From positions 1-64,000 of IMG/VR virus record IMGVR_UViG_3300010352_002815: DNA of 64,000 bases, one strand, 5' to 3'. Position numbers and translations under genes: made by a program. Positions within the stretch are counted from its first letter, which is position 1. Each line of letters opens with the position of its first letter. The notes under the pieces are model-generated. The model did no database searches and was not told the origin of the DNA. It saw only the letters and a list, made by a program, of their open reading frames with translations. The DNA comes from a virus (taxonomy: Duplodnaviria > Caudoviricetes). Of the stretch, positions 18,770-28,291 are shown one piece after another.

Positions 18770-20134
18770 CTATTCAAATGTTACAGGAATTATCATGGTG
18801 TTTAGTAATGCGGTATGTCGACAGTCTCCAAAATTCCGGATCCCAGATAAGTACCATGGAATACAAGATTTCAGGATCTTGCCAAACGGGACTTGATGTA
18901 AGGGTTCTACGTGATTTAAAGCACAGAACTTTACGTATTCCATGTAAATGCGTTCCTTGGCCACACATTCATCGGCTACTTCCTTGATATGCAATTCAAC
19001 GAACGTGGCTATTGGGTCTGACTGTCGTTTATACTGGTCTTTGGCAGTAGAAACCTCAAAAGAATTGCTGAAGCGGCCTGCTTCCAATAAGGGTTCTAAA
19101 TACGGCAATACTAGATTCAAGAGGCCACTTAATTCTTCTGGAGTTTGGACTTTCTGTAGACGGTCAGCTCCTTCTTCCTTTTCGGATTCGGTAAATATAT
19201 GTTCGAAGGGTATAATTTCAATGCGACGATAGAAGCCAGATGTGTCGTCCTTGACGCGTGGTAATTTATTAGCTGCAAATATAATTTTAGCGAAGTTCAC
19301 GAAATCAAAGGCTCGTTCACCCTTTCTTTGAGCACGAATCAAGTCTTTGTTTGACGTAAGCATCTTAAGAACGTTGACATTTGGCAAAGTGTTTTGCGAA
19401 AGGTCGCCATTTTCATTTAGGAGTTTGTTATAAAGGTCGCTGGAAGCAAATCGATCTTCTTCCAGGTCATGCATTGATGTAGAGCTAACGTTTTCGTCAC
19501 TCAGCATGGCCCTAATAACATCAATGAAGTGAGATTTGCCTGTGCCACCAGGTCCCAGCAAGATGAACGCCTTTTGAATGGGGTACCTTCTATAAAGACA
19601 GTATGCTATAAACTCTAAGGCTTTTCGAAAGTCTTCGGGCCTCAAAATCGTCTTAAACATTTCATGGATGTTTGGGCACGTTGCTTCTGGGTCGTAATTA
19701 ACGTCTAATTGGATTCGACTATAATAGTCTGGAGAGTGTTTATTGAATTCTCCTGTTCGCCAATTTAAGAGGCCGTTTTTGCAATTTATAATGTTTTCGT
19801 CGCTGTCAAAGACCTTACTTTCGACGTAGGTCATGCCCTGAATGATGCCTATAACTTCTTTTAAGAGGTGACTGCTGTAAACGGTTTGTCCGGTTTGCTT
19901 TCTATATGGCGCTAATAAATTTACCAAAGTGCGGTGAATGATTTCCAAACCATTTGGAACGTAGTGACCTCTAGCATATACTAGAATTTCTTTGGTCTCG
20001 ACTAGCGTAGCCATCGGCATATTATTAAGTATTAATTGCGCAAGAGCATTATTATTGACAGCAATGACTTCTCCTGTCTTCGGATGAAATTCAATGCATT
20101 GGTCGATTTCTGTTTTATCAAATTCGTATGACAT
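18770..20134 (-). CDS. D5/P4-type SF3 replicative helicase without a primase domain
   Basis: D5_N region (INCKNGLLNWRTGEF), Walker A GPGGTGKS, FAANKLP, GFYRR, C-terminal wHTH. Confidence 0.9.
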   Translation of the reverse strand: MSYEFDKTEIDQCIEFHPKTGEVIAVNNNALAQLILNNMPMATLVETKEILVYARGHYVPNGLEIIHRTLVNLLAPYRKQTGQTVYSSHLLKEVIGIIQGMTYVESKVFDSDENIINCKNGLLNWRTGEFNKHSPDYYSRIQLDVNYDPEATCPNIHEMFKTILRPEDFRKALEFIAYCLYRRYPIQKAFILLGPGGTGKSHFIDVIRAMLSDENVSSTSMHDLEEDRFASSDLYNKLLNENGDLSQNTLPNVNVLKMLTSNKDLIRAQRKGERAFDFVNFAKIIFAANKLPRVKDDTSGFYRRIEIIPFEHIFTESEKEEGADRLQKVQTPEELSGLLNLVLPYLEPLLEAGRFSNSFEVSTAKDQYKRQSDPIATFVELHIKEVADECVAKERIYMEYVKFCALNHVEPLHQVPFGKILKSCIPWYLSGIRNFGDCRHTALLNTMIIPVTFE

Positions 20135-20145
20135 TATTGTTTGTC

Positions 20146-20427
20146 CTATAATTGTGTTGTACTATCTGAATATGTTACAGTATAATTTATATTATTATCT
20201 ATATAATTGGGTTCTATATCTATAAGTTCCGTGAAACTCATAGAACTTATTGGAAAATGAAAACGCTGATCAGGACACGTTCTGCAACATCTGTTACATA
20301 TTCCAAATTTTTCGCAAGAATTGCAAATAGATTTAACAAGATATGCTACGTCTTCTTCGTCTAAAATATGAAATTTTAAATTTTCTAAGCAAGTTTTGCA
20401 TATTTTGTTGAAAGGTACTTTAGACAT
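20146..20427 (-). CDS. Cys-rich Zn-finger-like protein
   Basis: Several CxxC motifs. Confidence 0.5.
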   Translation of the reverse strand: MSKVPFNKICKTCLENLKFHILDEEDVAYLVKSICNSCEKFGICNRCCRTCPDQRFHFPISSMSFTELIDIEPNYIDNNINYTVTYSDSTTQL

Positions 20428-20671
20428 TATTATCGTCCTGAATTAGTTTGTCAAGTTTTTTGAACATTAAGTCGAATAATAGTCGGCCTTGGAACCTCAT
20501 TGCGTCTTCTTGGTTGGCTACTATAGAAATATCGAAACCATATTTATTAAGGGTTGTTTGGATTTCTTGGAACATACTATTAATAGAAGTTTGATCCCTA
20601 GATTCATCGAACGTCATGTCGGAAGCAATTAATGTAAAACCTGATCCTATGATCTCTGAAACGTTTAACAT
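20420..20671 (-). CDS. hypothetical protein
   Basis: AGGTG SD. Confidence 0.5.
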   Translation of the reverse strand: MLNVSEIIGSGFTLIASDMTFDESRDQTSINSMFQEIQTTLNKYGFDISIVANQEDAMRFQGRLLFDLMFKKLDKLIQDDNNV

Positions 20672-20820
20672 AGCGCACCTACTAATGTTAACATTATATG
20701 TATTATATATAATAATAGTATTGATAATATTGCCATTAACACTATTATAGCAATATTTAATATTGCATTAAGTGATAGCATTAATGCATATAATACGCAT
20801 AATATATCATCTAATGACAT
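20665..20820 (-). CDS. 51-aa hydrophobic membrane peptide (not in ORF track)
   Basis: AGGAG SD; MSLDDILCVLYALMLSLNAILNIAIIVLMAILSILLLYIIHIMLTLVGALC. Confidence 0.4.
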   Translation of the reverse strand: MSLDDILCVLYALMLSLNAILNIAIIVLMAILSILLLYIIHIMLTLVGALC

Positions 20821-21005
20821 TTATTCATCTCCTTGATTTTAGCTTTTATGCATTCATGACTGCAGAATGGTGCGTTAAAATCTATTTGCCAGAATTCAGT
20901 TAAATCTCTACAATGCAAGCAAGGTTCTAGATACCGGAACTTTACTATGCTCGGCTCAACTTCTTCATGAAGTTTGGCTTTAGGATACTTTTTGTAGAAT
21001 TTCAT
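20811..21005 (-). CDS. small Zn-binding (TRASH-like) protein
   Basis: CLHC...FCSHEC. Confidence 0.5.
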   Translation of the reverse strand: MKFYKKYPKAKLHEEVEPSIVKFRYLEPCLHCRDLTEFWQIDFNAPFCSHECIKAKIKEMNKCH

Positions 21006-21009
21006 AATG

Positions 21010-21273
21010 TCACCGAACTATTTTTAAGCTGAACCACGGAAATCCAAATGATGATCCATTACCATCTTCGAAATCTATGTAATGACCGGTTCGTGATATC
21101 ATAGTTATTATACCAGAACGACCTATATATTTGTTCATCCCATCAGGCCAACTGTTGTCCCAACCACCTGAATCTCCTTTATATGCTTTTATTACAGTTA
21201 CTCGGTCACCTACTCTCGCGCCAAACCTTTCACAATTTTGAAGATACTCTTTAGTAGTTGTTATAATAATCAC
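21010..21273 (-). CDS. SH3/KOW-like beta-barrel protein, paralog of 21270-21536
   Basis: Shared VGDRV, W..W..M..G..G.I, (F/Y)P(W/Y)F.L.I.R; start at GTG 21273 or ATA 21264. Confidence 0.55.
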   Translation of the reverse strand: MIIITTTKEYLQNCERFGARVGDRVTVIKAYKGDSGGWDNSWPDGMNKYIGRSGIITMISRTGHYIDFEDGNGSSFGFPWFSLKIVR

Positions 21274-21536
21274 CTTATAATGGATAATGCAAAATATGGA
21301 TATGCCCAACAATCTTTCTGCCAAGAAGGTCCTGGATGATCAGGTACACTGACAAGTATTCCACTATTATGGATATCAACTATTGTACCAATTAGTCCGA
21401 CAGTAGGATCCATTTTTTCGTTTACCCAGCCATTCATCCAGATATGGTCAATTTCGTGGTGGGTTGGTTTATGGACAATTTTAACGCGGTCTCCAACGGT
21501 CGCTTTAAATCGATCTTGCATTTCACGATATTTCAA
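21270..21536 (-). CDS. SH3/KOW-like beta-barrel protein
   Basis: KATVGDRVKIV; GAGGTGA SD; promoter at 21573-21592. Confidence 0.6.
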   Translation of the reverse strand: MKYREMQDRFKATVGDRVKIVHKPTHHEIDHIWMNGWVNEKMDPTVGLIGTIVDIHNSGILVSVPDHPGPSWQKDCWAYPYFALSIIR

Positions 21537-21572
21537 ATTACTATCACCTCGTTATAAAGCCATTTAGTTTTG

Positions 21573-21592
21573 AGTATTTAAAAGTATTGGCT
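21573..21592 (-). promoter_or_regulatory. BRE/TATA-type viral promoter
   Basis: Minus strand AGCCAATACTTTTAAATACT. Confidence 0.55.
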
Positions 21593-21625
21593 AAATATGG
21601 GTTTAGCACATTATAAAAAATATAG

Positions 21626-23503
21626 TTAAGAAAACCTCCTGCGTGGAAATTCGAATTCACGTCTGGTATGGTTCCAGGACTCGGTTTTCGTAAAATACCC
21701 CACGATACGTGTCAAATGACTACTTATGTTTGAATTACATATCAAGCATTTCGGAGAATTTCCACAAATTGTTGTATGACCATTTTCGCATATGCCGAAG
21801 CCATAATTGATGGCTAAATGACTGACGCCTTTTGACACCGAATACATTATAAGCTTTTTCATGATTTGTGGGTCAGTAATTTGTTCGGAAATATTTAAAT
21901 GGAGGATACCACCGCCTGAAAGTATATCCTGGAATTTGCCGGTAATGGTTATTCGGTCTGGTAACGATACATTAGCTATAAGAGGCAAATACTGGTTGCT
22001 ATAGAGTTCGAAGGGGATCTTATCTTCTCCAAATAATATTCGATCTTTTTGGACGAACTTAGTTGCTACTGACTCTCCAGGAATTTCTTCAACGTTGAAA
22101 GAGTTACCAGTTTCCTGACTTGTTTTGATGGCAAATGCTTCAATGAATTCTAGGACATGTTTCACGAAGTTTTGGCCACCAGATGTAGTAATGTCCAAAT
22201 TAAGGAATTCACACATTTCATAGATTCCGATAATGCCTATAGTGCTGAACATCCGGCTAAGGGTAAACCAACCTAATGGTTTATAGAAACGCAGGAAACC
22301 TTGATCGATACGGCGATGTAAGATTTCTTCCCGATGAACTTGTAAAAGATCACGACATTCTGTTAATCGTGTTTCCAAGATACTAAAGAACTTTCCAAAA
22401 ATGTCATTATTACATTCTATAGCAATTCTAGGAAGGTTAACAGTAACCACTCTATGAGAGCCAAGGTTCAAGCCGCCGTTTCCAAAAGAGTCTACGCGAG
22501 CTAGCATTCTACTCTCGTCGTTGATGAGTCGACAACATGACGCAAGCTTCTCGCCGCTATTAACGTAAATGTTGAACGTGCCTTTAGCCAAGTTAACGTT
22601 TGATACCCATTCCAGGAATTCCTGGTCAATAATTTGTTTGTTTTCGTCGCAACTTATATTAAGAGTTACGATCGGGAAACGATATGGTAATCCGCTAACA
22701 GGATCTCCTTTTGCAAACCATTCTGCAAACAATTTCTGGACATGAATAATATATTCGATGTCGGGTTTGGAACCGTCCGGATAAATGTGGGATGCAAATA
22801 CTTTTTGTAAGTTTGGTCTGTCAAATATGCTTAAATTTGTAAAGGGACTTTGTCCGCCTACTCTAAATTTATTACTCATTACGTGGATGAATTGTTGGAA
22901 GAGATTGATTATATTATAATCACTTAATTGTTCTTTTTGGGCATAATAACAGAAATTCACTATAAGGTCTGATATGGCTATTGCGCCAGCATAAGATTGG
23001 CTAAGGTCCATCGTGGTTTCTGTTACTTGAGCTAAAAATGAATTAGCTCTTTTAGGCGGTACACTATATAGTTGACCATATTGACGACCATCAAACATTA
23101 TAAATGATGTTGAGTAGGCCATACAATACGGAATTTGAGCTGATGCGGCGTCATGGAAATATATATTGCCGTCTAAAATTGAAGTCAAGAGTTCGTTGGC
23201 GCGATCTTGTCCAAACCTACCTGTAGCATAATGGTATAAAAGATAATAGGAATTTAGTTTAGAAAGGCCTTTTACTATCTCAGACGCATAATTGTTTTGC
23301 GAAAGTTCGTCATTGCTGTTAGAATTAGCATCTAATGAAATGTCGCTTAAATTTTCTGTGAAGTACTTACGAGACATTGCTCCGATGTCAAGCGATGTTC
23401 TATCTATGCCTTCTATTGATAAAAGTTTTTTACCTGATTCTGATCTATTATATTGATTATATAAATCATCAAATGATTCTGAAAAAGTTGTTTCTAGTCG
23501 CAT
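21626..23503 (-). CDS. nrdD: anaerobic (class III) ribonucleotide reductase, no ATP cone
   Basis: IYFHD, PYC, GGQSPFTNLS, SCCRL finger loop, NLPRIA, PGES, C-terminal Zn site and glycyl-radical motif RIVGYF. Confidence 0.95.
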   Translation of the reverse strand: MRLETTFSESFDDLYNQYNRSESGKKLLSIEGIDRTSLDIGAMSRKYFTENLSDISLDANSNSNDELSQNNYASEIVKGLSKLNSYYLLYHYATGRFGQDRANELLTSILDGNIYFHDAASAQIPYCMAYSTSFIMFDGRQYGQLYSVPPKRANSFLAQVTETTMDLSQSYAGAIAISDLIVNFCYYAQKEQLSDYNIINLFQQFIHVMSNKFRVGGQSPFTNLSIFDRPNLQKVFASHIYPDGSKPDIEYIIHVQKLFAEWFAKGDPVSGLPYRFPIVTLNISCDENKQIIDQEFLEWVSNVNLAKGTFNIYVNSGEKLASCCRLINDESRMLARVDSFGNGGLNLGSHRVVTVNLPRIAIECNNDIFGKFFSILETRLTECRDLLQVHREEILHRRIDQGFLRFYKPLGWFTLSRMFSTIGIIGIYEMCEFLNLDITTSGGQNFVKHVLEFIEAFAIKTSQETGNSFNVEEIPGESVATKFVQKDRILFGEDKIPFELYSNQYLPLIANVSLPDRITITGKFQDILSGGGILHLNISEQITDPQIMKKLIMYSVSKGVSHLAINYGFGICENGHTTICGNSPKCLICNSNISSHLTRIVGYFTKTESWNHTRREFEFPRRRFS

Positions 23504-23520
23504 GTTAATAGAGCTCCGTA

Positions 23521-24027
23521 TTAAAAATTATAATATTGTTCGGTTTTATGACCTACCATAAAATAGAATATCTGTTGTTTGGTAAGTTTCAACGTGTTAA
23601 AATAAATTTTTTGGTTAGAAGACGATGGCGAACCTTTTAAAGCAAGATTCTGGATGTAAGGACCGTCCACGATAATAGAACATAATTTTCTGATGTGGTC
23701 CGGAATGTCTTTGAATAAATAACCAGTATATAAAATAGTTGGAATAGTTATATTGGTTAAAGTACTATATAAAGCTTTTGGTTGGTCAACAGGGTCACCA
23801 CCTGTTAGTACGACACTATCATAAAAGTCTAGGTTCTGGTTGATATGGGCAATAATATCGTCTACTGTAGTTTCGTAACCTCCCAGGAAATCTTGTAAGT
23901 CTGGATTTTGACAGTTAGGACAATAATGGGAACATCCTTGGAAAAAAATATTATAAGATAGACCGATGCCATCTATAGTCGAAGTGGATGTTCCTGCGAT
24001 TCTTATAATGTTATCTTGGGACAACAT
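23521..24027 (-). CDS. nrdG: class III RNR activase (radical SAM)
   Basis: FFQGCSHYCPNCQN, TGGDP, YTGY, IVDGPY, SSNQ; adjacent to nrdD. Confidence 0.93.
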   Translation of the reverse strand: MLSQDNIIRIAGTSTSTIDGIGLSYNIFFQGCSHYCPNCQNPDLQDFLGGYETTVDDIIAHINQNLDFYDSVVLTGGDPVDQPKALYSTLTNITIPTILYTGYLFKDIPDHIRKLCSIIVDGPYIQNLALKGSPSSSNQKIYFNTLKLTKQQIFYFMVGHKTEQYYNF

Positions 24028-24152
24028 AGCTTACCAGGGTTGGATTGTCTGAACTCAATTCTGCGTTGCAGATTCTACAATAGGCCTTTCCTGAAATCGG
24101 ACCCATTTTAATAACAATTTTAGGATGTTGGCAATTAATATTATTCATAATA

Positions 24153-24422
24153 TTACACCGAATATTTATGCTTTTGAATTGCAATGGTTAGCCAAGCTAA
24201 TGTTGTTATAGAACCAATTATAGTTGCTAATTCAAAATCATTGGCTATGTAAACCATAGTTACCATTGACATTCCAAAGAATGTTGGCAAAGAAGTACTA
24301 AACGGTATTTCACATAAATGGTTTTTATAGTTATGATAGATCGTTGGAAACAACGATATGCTAAAAATTATAGAACAAACTGACAAAATAATGTCAGAAT
24401 ATGGTTGGAGAATTTCTAACAT
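24153..24422 (-). CDS. 3-TM SemiSWEET/PQ-loop-like membrane protein
   Basis: 89 aa, three TM helices, LFPTIYHNYK after TM1. Confidence 0.55.
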   Translation of the reverse strand: MLEILQPYSDIILSVCSIIFSISLFPTIYHNYKNHLCEIPFSTSLPTFFGMSMVTMVYIANDFELATIIGSITTLAWLTIAIQKHKYSV

Positions 24423-24424
24423 TC

Positions 24425-24919
24425 TCAGAGGTTCTCATTTTGGTATTGTCCAGTATACAGTACATCAGCAACTTTTTCGGTAGTCATAAAGACAATTTGA
24501 ATCAACTTAGCATTTTCATATATTTGGATACCATTTGGATTATGAACTACGAGCATTGACTGAGAACGTCCTACATATCCGGGATCCCAAACTGAGGTTT
24601 CAACTGTTGCACCCATCCTAAGCAAACTTGATCTTGGTCTTGCAATGCCCATAGCATTTCCTGGTACGTTAACGACTTCATTAAAGGTGACTAAGTAGGC
24701 TCCCTTCGGAAGTAGCCAATATTTATCGATCTTGCCTGGTTCATGTAGATGGGGTAATTGTCTCTTAGAATTGTCAAAATCGATAGTGCCACGACTATTA
24801 TAAGCTTCGATTTTCTGAACGGTCAAATCAATGCCTACTGGTTGAACTTGTTTGGAAGGATCGATTAGACCTTCGATAATTTTATTATCATTTAATGATT
24901 TTCCTAGAAGTACTGACAT
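24425..24919 (-). CDS. dut: dUTPase (archaeal dCTP-deaminase/dUTPase family)
   Basis: QPVGIDLTV, ARPRSSLLRMG, VWDPGYVG, QIVF, YTGQYQ. Confidence 0.88.
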   Translation of the reverse strand: MSVLLGKSLNDNKIIEGLIDPSKQVQPVGIDLTVQKIEAYNSRGTIDFDNSKRQLPHLHEPGKIDKYWLLPKGAYLVTFNEVVNVPGNAMGIARPRSSLLRMGATVETSVWDPGYVGRSQSMLVVHNPNGIQIYENAKLIQIVFMTTEKVADVLYTGQYQNENL

Positions 24920-25221
24920 TATAAATACGTCCTCCGATTAAAGTCTTTTCGAATTCTATCATACATTGCTTTATACATTTCGTCTTCTGAAATATTATAG
25001 TTAATGTTTTCTGTTGGTTCGGTTGTAAAGGTATGAGTATGAATATAATCGTTATTTTCTGGACTAAACCACCTTACTGACCTCGTGGGTATCCAAAGTT
25101 CGTTATCGGAGGTTTCCTTGATCCATAGATGGTCAGAACCTGGTTCGTATTCCTTAATGGAATAGGTACGTTTGAAGCCATCATGCCAACGTACTGTAAT
25201 TGAAGTTGCGGGAATTTTCAT
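24919..25221 (-). CDS. hypothetical protein
   Basis: TAATG coupling to dut. Confidence 0.5.
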   Translation of the reverse strand: MKIPATSITVRWHDGFKRTYSIKEYEPGSDHLWIKETSDNELWIPTRSVRWFSPENNDYIHTHTFTTEPTENINYNISEDEMYKAMYDRIRKDFNRRTYL

Positions 25222-25240
25222 TATAAGACCTTTTAAAAAT

Positions 25241-25546
25241 TTAGTAGCCTCTTATTGAACGTCTTAAATATTCTTCTTTCTGGGATTGTTCACGACATTT
25301 TGCAATATCGTAACTATCGCAAATACCGTTATATTCTATCCAATTATCATCACAAAAGTCACTATCTAAATGGTGATGTCTAGTATCCATATATTTTCTG
25401 TGCCACCAATCTGCATATTCAAATGTTATGCAATGATTTGTAGCAGTTATAACTTTAATTGGGTGATCAGTATACGAATGGTCTTTAATTGTGTTAGTTG
25501 GTCTTGTTCGTATTGCAACTTTTCCTATTAGTTCAGTTGCTTTCAT
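25241..25546 (-). CDS. hypothetical protein
   Basis: ORF in operon. Confidence 0.5.
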   Translation of the reverse strand: MKATELIGKVAIRTRPTNTIKDHSYTDHPIKVITATNHCITFEYADWWHRKYMDTRHHHLDSDFCDDNWIEYNGICDSYDIAKCREQSQKEEYLRRSIRGY

Positions 25547-25574
25547 AACATATCTATTCCTATAATGTTGAGTA

Positions 25575-25850
25575 TCATGTTTCTAACTCATCGTTTGGTA
25601 CTGTAGCTAACATCCAGAGACGTTTGACAGTATTAGATTCTTCTTTTAGTGATTCATATACGTTAGCTGGAATTTCATGCCATTCTTCCCAATAACGGAG
25701 ATAAATTGGCTCGAACTTCTGATAAGAAGAGTCCCAACTCAATTGCATATATTGGCAGTCGCAGGAAGGCTGACCGCCATTTTCACATTCGATAGTGATT
25801 TCTTGGTCAGTGGTTAACCTTCCACAGAGTTTACAAATATAATATTTCAT
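25575..25850 (-). CDS. hypothetical Cys-containing protein
   Basis: CKLC, CDC; GAGGT SD. Confidence 0.5.
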   Translation of the reverse strand: MKYYICKLCGRLTTDQEITIECENGGQPSCDCQYMQLSWDSSYQKFEPIYLRYWEEWHEIPANVYESLKEESNTVKRLWMLATVPNDELET

Positions 25851-25991
25851 GGTATCGTTACCTCATTCTTTTCATATCATACTGGATTTTTCTGCAATCA
25901 AAACACATAAAATTATTATCGGAATCTATTAGTTCTTCGGCTATGGTCGTATTACCACAATTCTGGCAAATTAATATAATTTCGGACATAC

Positions 25992-26321
25992 TTATGCCAT
26001 TGTAACATGCTTTAAGAGTCTATTACCAAAATTTACTCGATTATGTTCGTAACCTTCGTATATTCCTAGAACATGTTCCGGAATTTCTGATTTTATAACA
26101 TTAAATATTTTATTAGTATGCTGCCAAGCTGCAATACCAACGCCGTTTATAATAATATCACAATGGTAATTTTTTAAACGGGTTTCCTTAAATGGATTAA
26201 CATAATGTAAATTAATTCCGGAATATAAATACTTTTCTATAATAGTTTGGGCTTTATCTAAGTAATTTTCGGGTACTGTTATGCAAAGACAGTAATATTC
26301 AGTTTCAGTCAATATCACCAC
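25992..26321 (-). CDS. hypothetical protein
   Basis: ORF in operon. Confidence 0.45.
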   Translation of the reverse strand: MVILTETEYYCLCITVPENYLDKAQTIIEKYLYSGINLHYVNPFKETRLKNYHCDIIINGVGIAAWQHTNKIFNVIKSEIPEHVLGIYEGYEHNRVNFGNRLLKHVTMA

Positions 26322-26932
26322 TCCTCCAAGAGTTTTTTAACAGAAGTCGGAAGACCATTAATAGCATCCAATGGCGTTTTATAGGTTTCTTGCAAAGACT
26401 TTAATTTGGCTGGACCCAATCCTGGGAGTTCTGATAGCCATTCTACTGCCGATCCTGCTTTAATGGTAGGATTTGGAACATCTAACTTTGGCAAGTAATT
26501 ATGAATATGAATTAGTCGCCAAATAGTTTCTTCCAGGTTCATTGTATGGTAGAGACGCACGCCTAACTCTTCCTGGTGAGTTAAAAAGTTAGACATTGCC
26601 TTATATGACATTCGGGGTTTTAGTTGGCCACTTTCATTTAGGAAGACTTGACCATTTGCGACGACATAAGTTCCTTCTAATAGGAGGCCGATTCGCTCAA
26701 AGTCACATTTCCGCATTTTCGAAAGTCTTGATTTCAATTCGCGGTAGCTTCCACAAAAGTCGGCAATGGACTTTCTTTCAATTAATATATTATGGGATGA
26801 ATTTTCTATTAAATAATCAGCTAGAGGCAAACAATGAAATTGGAATTGCGGAACATCTTCTCCGATTATTTTAGTGACTAATAAGTCCTTGATCTGAGGA
26901 ATAAGGTGTTCACGCGTATCGACAGTGATCAT
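26315..26932 (-). CDS. ERCC4/XPF-family structure-specific nuclease with C-terminal HhH
   Basis: ITVDTRE, ADY, IERKSIADF, LLLEG, HhH LPGLGP; start reassigned to ATG 26932 (ATGA overlap). Confidence 0.85.
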   Translation of the reverse strand: MITVDTREHLIPQIKDLLVTKIIGEDVPQFQFHCLPLADYLIENSSHNILIERKSIADFCGSYRELKSRLSKMRKCDFERIGLLLEGTYVVANGQVFLNESGQLKPRMSYKAMSNFLTHQEELGVRLYHTMNLEETIWRLIHIHNYLPKLDVPNPTIKAGSAVEWLSELPGLGPAKLKSLQETYKTPLDAINGLPTSVKKLLEEW

Positions 26933-27237
26933 ACTCGGGTCCAAGTAGTCGAAGCAGTTCCTGAAGATGTGTACCAAGTAGTATCTGTCGCACCAGTCCA
27001 TTCTGGTTGGACATAATGTGGTCTTGCTACTGCTATAGGAATTCTTATAGGTTCGTGGACAACCCTCCAATTATCAACAGGAAATTTCTTATCATAGAAT
27101 TTCATGGTATAGTGAGGTCCTAGATAGGCTAAGTGGGTTTTACAACTTTCGCATATAAATTCATTGATAATGTTGTCTTTGATTTCAAAAATAGTTGAAT
27201 GTCCACAAGGACAATCTATTTCTATTTTTACTGTCAA
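26929..27237 (-). CDS. Zn-ribbon protein
   Basis: CPCGH...CESC. Confidence 0.5.
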   Translation of the reverse strand: MTVKIEIDCPCGHSTIFEIKDNIINEFICESCKTHLAYLGPHYTMKFYDKKFPVDNWRVVHEPIRIPIAVARPHYVQPEWTGATDTTWYTSSGTASTTWTRV

Positions 27238-27263
27238 TATAATCTACCTTCCCATAATTATAA

Positions 27264-28082
27264 TTACCATAATAATCTAGGAATTCTAGCGGCAGCTAAC
27301 ACTTCTTCAGGAGTTGGATCAATAACTTCCACTTGGTAATCAGGATTGTTGCACGGGAAGTTATGGCCAGTACTATGGATCAAAGCTACCTGCTTTTTAC
27401 CACTACCGTCGACATCTCTGTGAATCAATTCAATACTAACGTCAGAATTAAAGTCAGTAGACGCAGGATAAATCAAGGGAATTTTATTGCCGGTTTCGAA
27501 TTCTCGAGTTGTTCTATGAATCACTGCAACATTAGCAAAATCCTGGATTGCTGTTATTTGACTAGCCATTGCTTGAGTGATTAAACCAAATTCTGGCTGG
27601 GATGGCCACTTTCTTTTATTAACTTTAAGGTAGTGCAAGACTTCGATTGCTCGCCACCGTACTGAATCATCCAGAATTACCCAAACTTTGCCGTTTTCTG
27701 GAGTAAGTGCCACATCTTCAGAATAGAACTTAATCTTTTCCAACGCTATCTGGAAATCTTCCCAACTTTTCGGGAAGTAATATTGATTACGGTAGTCAAA
27801 GTTTTCAATTTTTGGTTGCCAGGCCAACGTTCCATCAGGTTTTCGAACCGGTTTAAAGATCGACCGGAAACCTTCGCCGACAGTTCGTTTCAGGGCAATT
27901 TGGTCCAATTCAACTTTTCCAAAGGAAAACTTAGCAGGCGGAAAGTCAATAACAACGGCATTGGGGAATAAAGCACCGAAGTATGTTTTGCCAATTTTCG
28001 TATCTGCATAAATAGATACCAGAAGCGGATATGTGACTTCTCCTTCTGGAATACTAACTTCAAGATTCGTATTATCAGTCAT
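27264..28082 (-). CDS. AAA_24/Sak4-like P-loop ATPase (putative recombinase)
   Basis: SIYADTKIGKT, Walker B VILDDS; neighbours are a nuclease and a putative SSB. Confidence 0.6.
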   Translation of the reverse strand: MTDNTNLEVSIPEGEVTYPLLVSIYADTKIGKTYFGALFPNAVVIDFPPAKFSFGKVELDQIALKRTVGEGFRSIFKPVRKPDGTLAWQPKIENFDYRNQYYFPKSWEDFQIALEKIKFYSEDVALTPENGKVWVILDDSVRWRAIEVLHYLKVNKRKWPSQPEFGLITQAMASQITAIQDFANVAVIHRTTREFETGNKIPLIYPASTDFNSDVSIELIHRDVDGSGKKQVALIHSTGHNFPCNNPDYQVEVIDPTPEEVLAAARIPRLLW

Positions 28083-28115
28083 AATAACTCGAAAAATAAT
28101 TTTAATGTGTTATTT

Positions 28116-28265
28116 TCATTTTTTCAATTCAATTAGGAACCGTCGGTTCTTAATTTCGGTTATAATAATTCTAGATATTCCCTCCTGGATTGTTTCTTTT
28201 TGCAAGCATAGTTCTGACTTAATGAAGTCTAAGTCAGTGTCTGGAACATCAATGACTACTTGCAT
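28116..28265 (-). CDS. 49-aa ribbon-helix-helix-like protein (not in ORF track)
   Basis: GAGG SD; MQVVIDVPDTDLDFIKSELCLQKETIQEGISRIIITEIKNRRFLIELKK. Confidence 0.45.
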   Translation of the reverse strand: MQVVIDVPDTDLDFIKSELCLQKETIQEGISRIIITEIKNRRFLIELKK

Positions 28266-28291
28266 AAAACCTCTGGAAAAGTGAGGAAGGT

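Noticed and set aside
3086-23503. Inteins or introns in polB, the helicases or nrdD
   Set aside because: Lengths and motif spacing are normal and no splice-junction motifs were seen.
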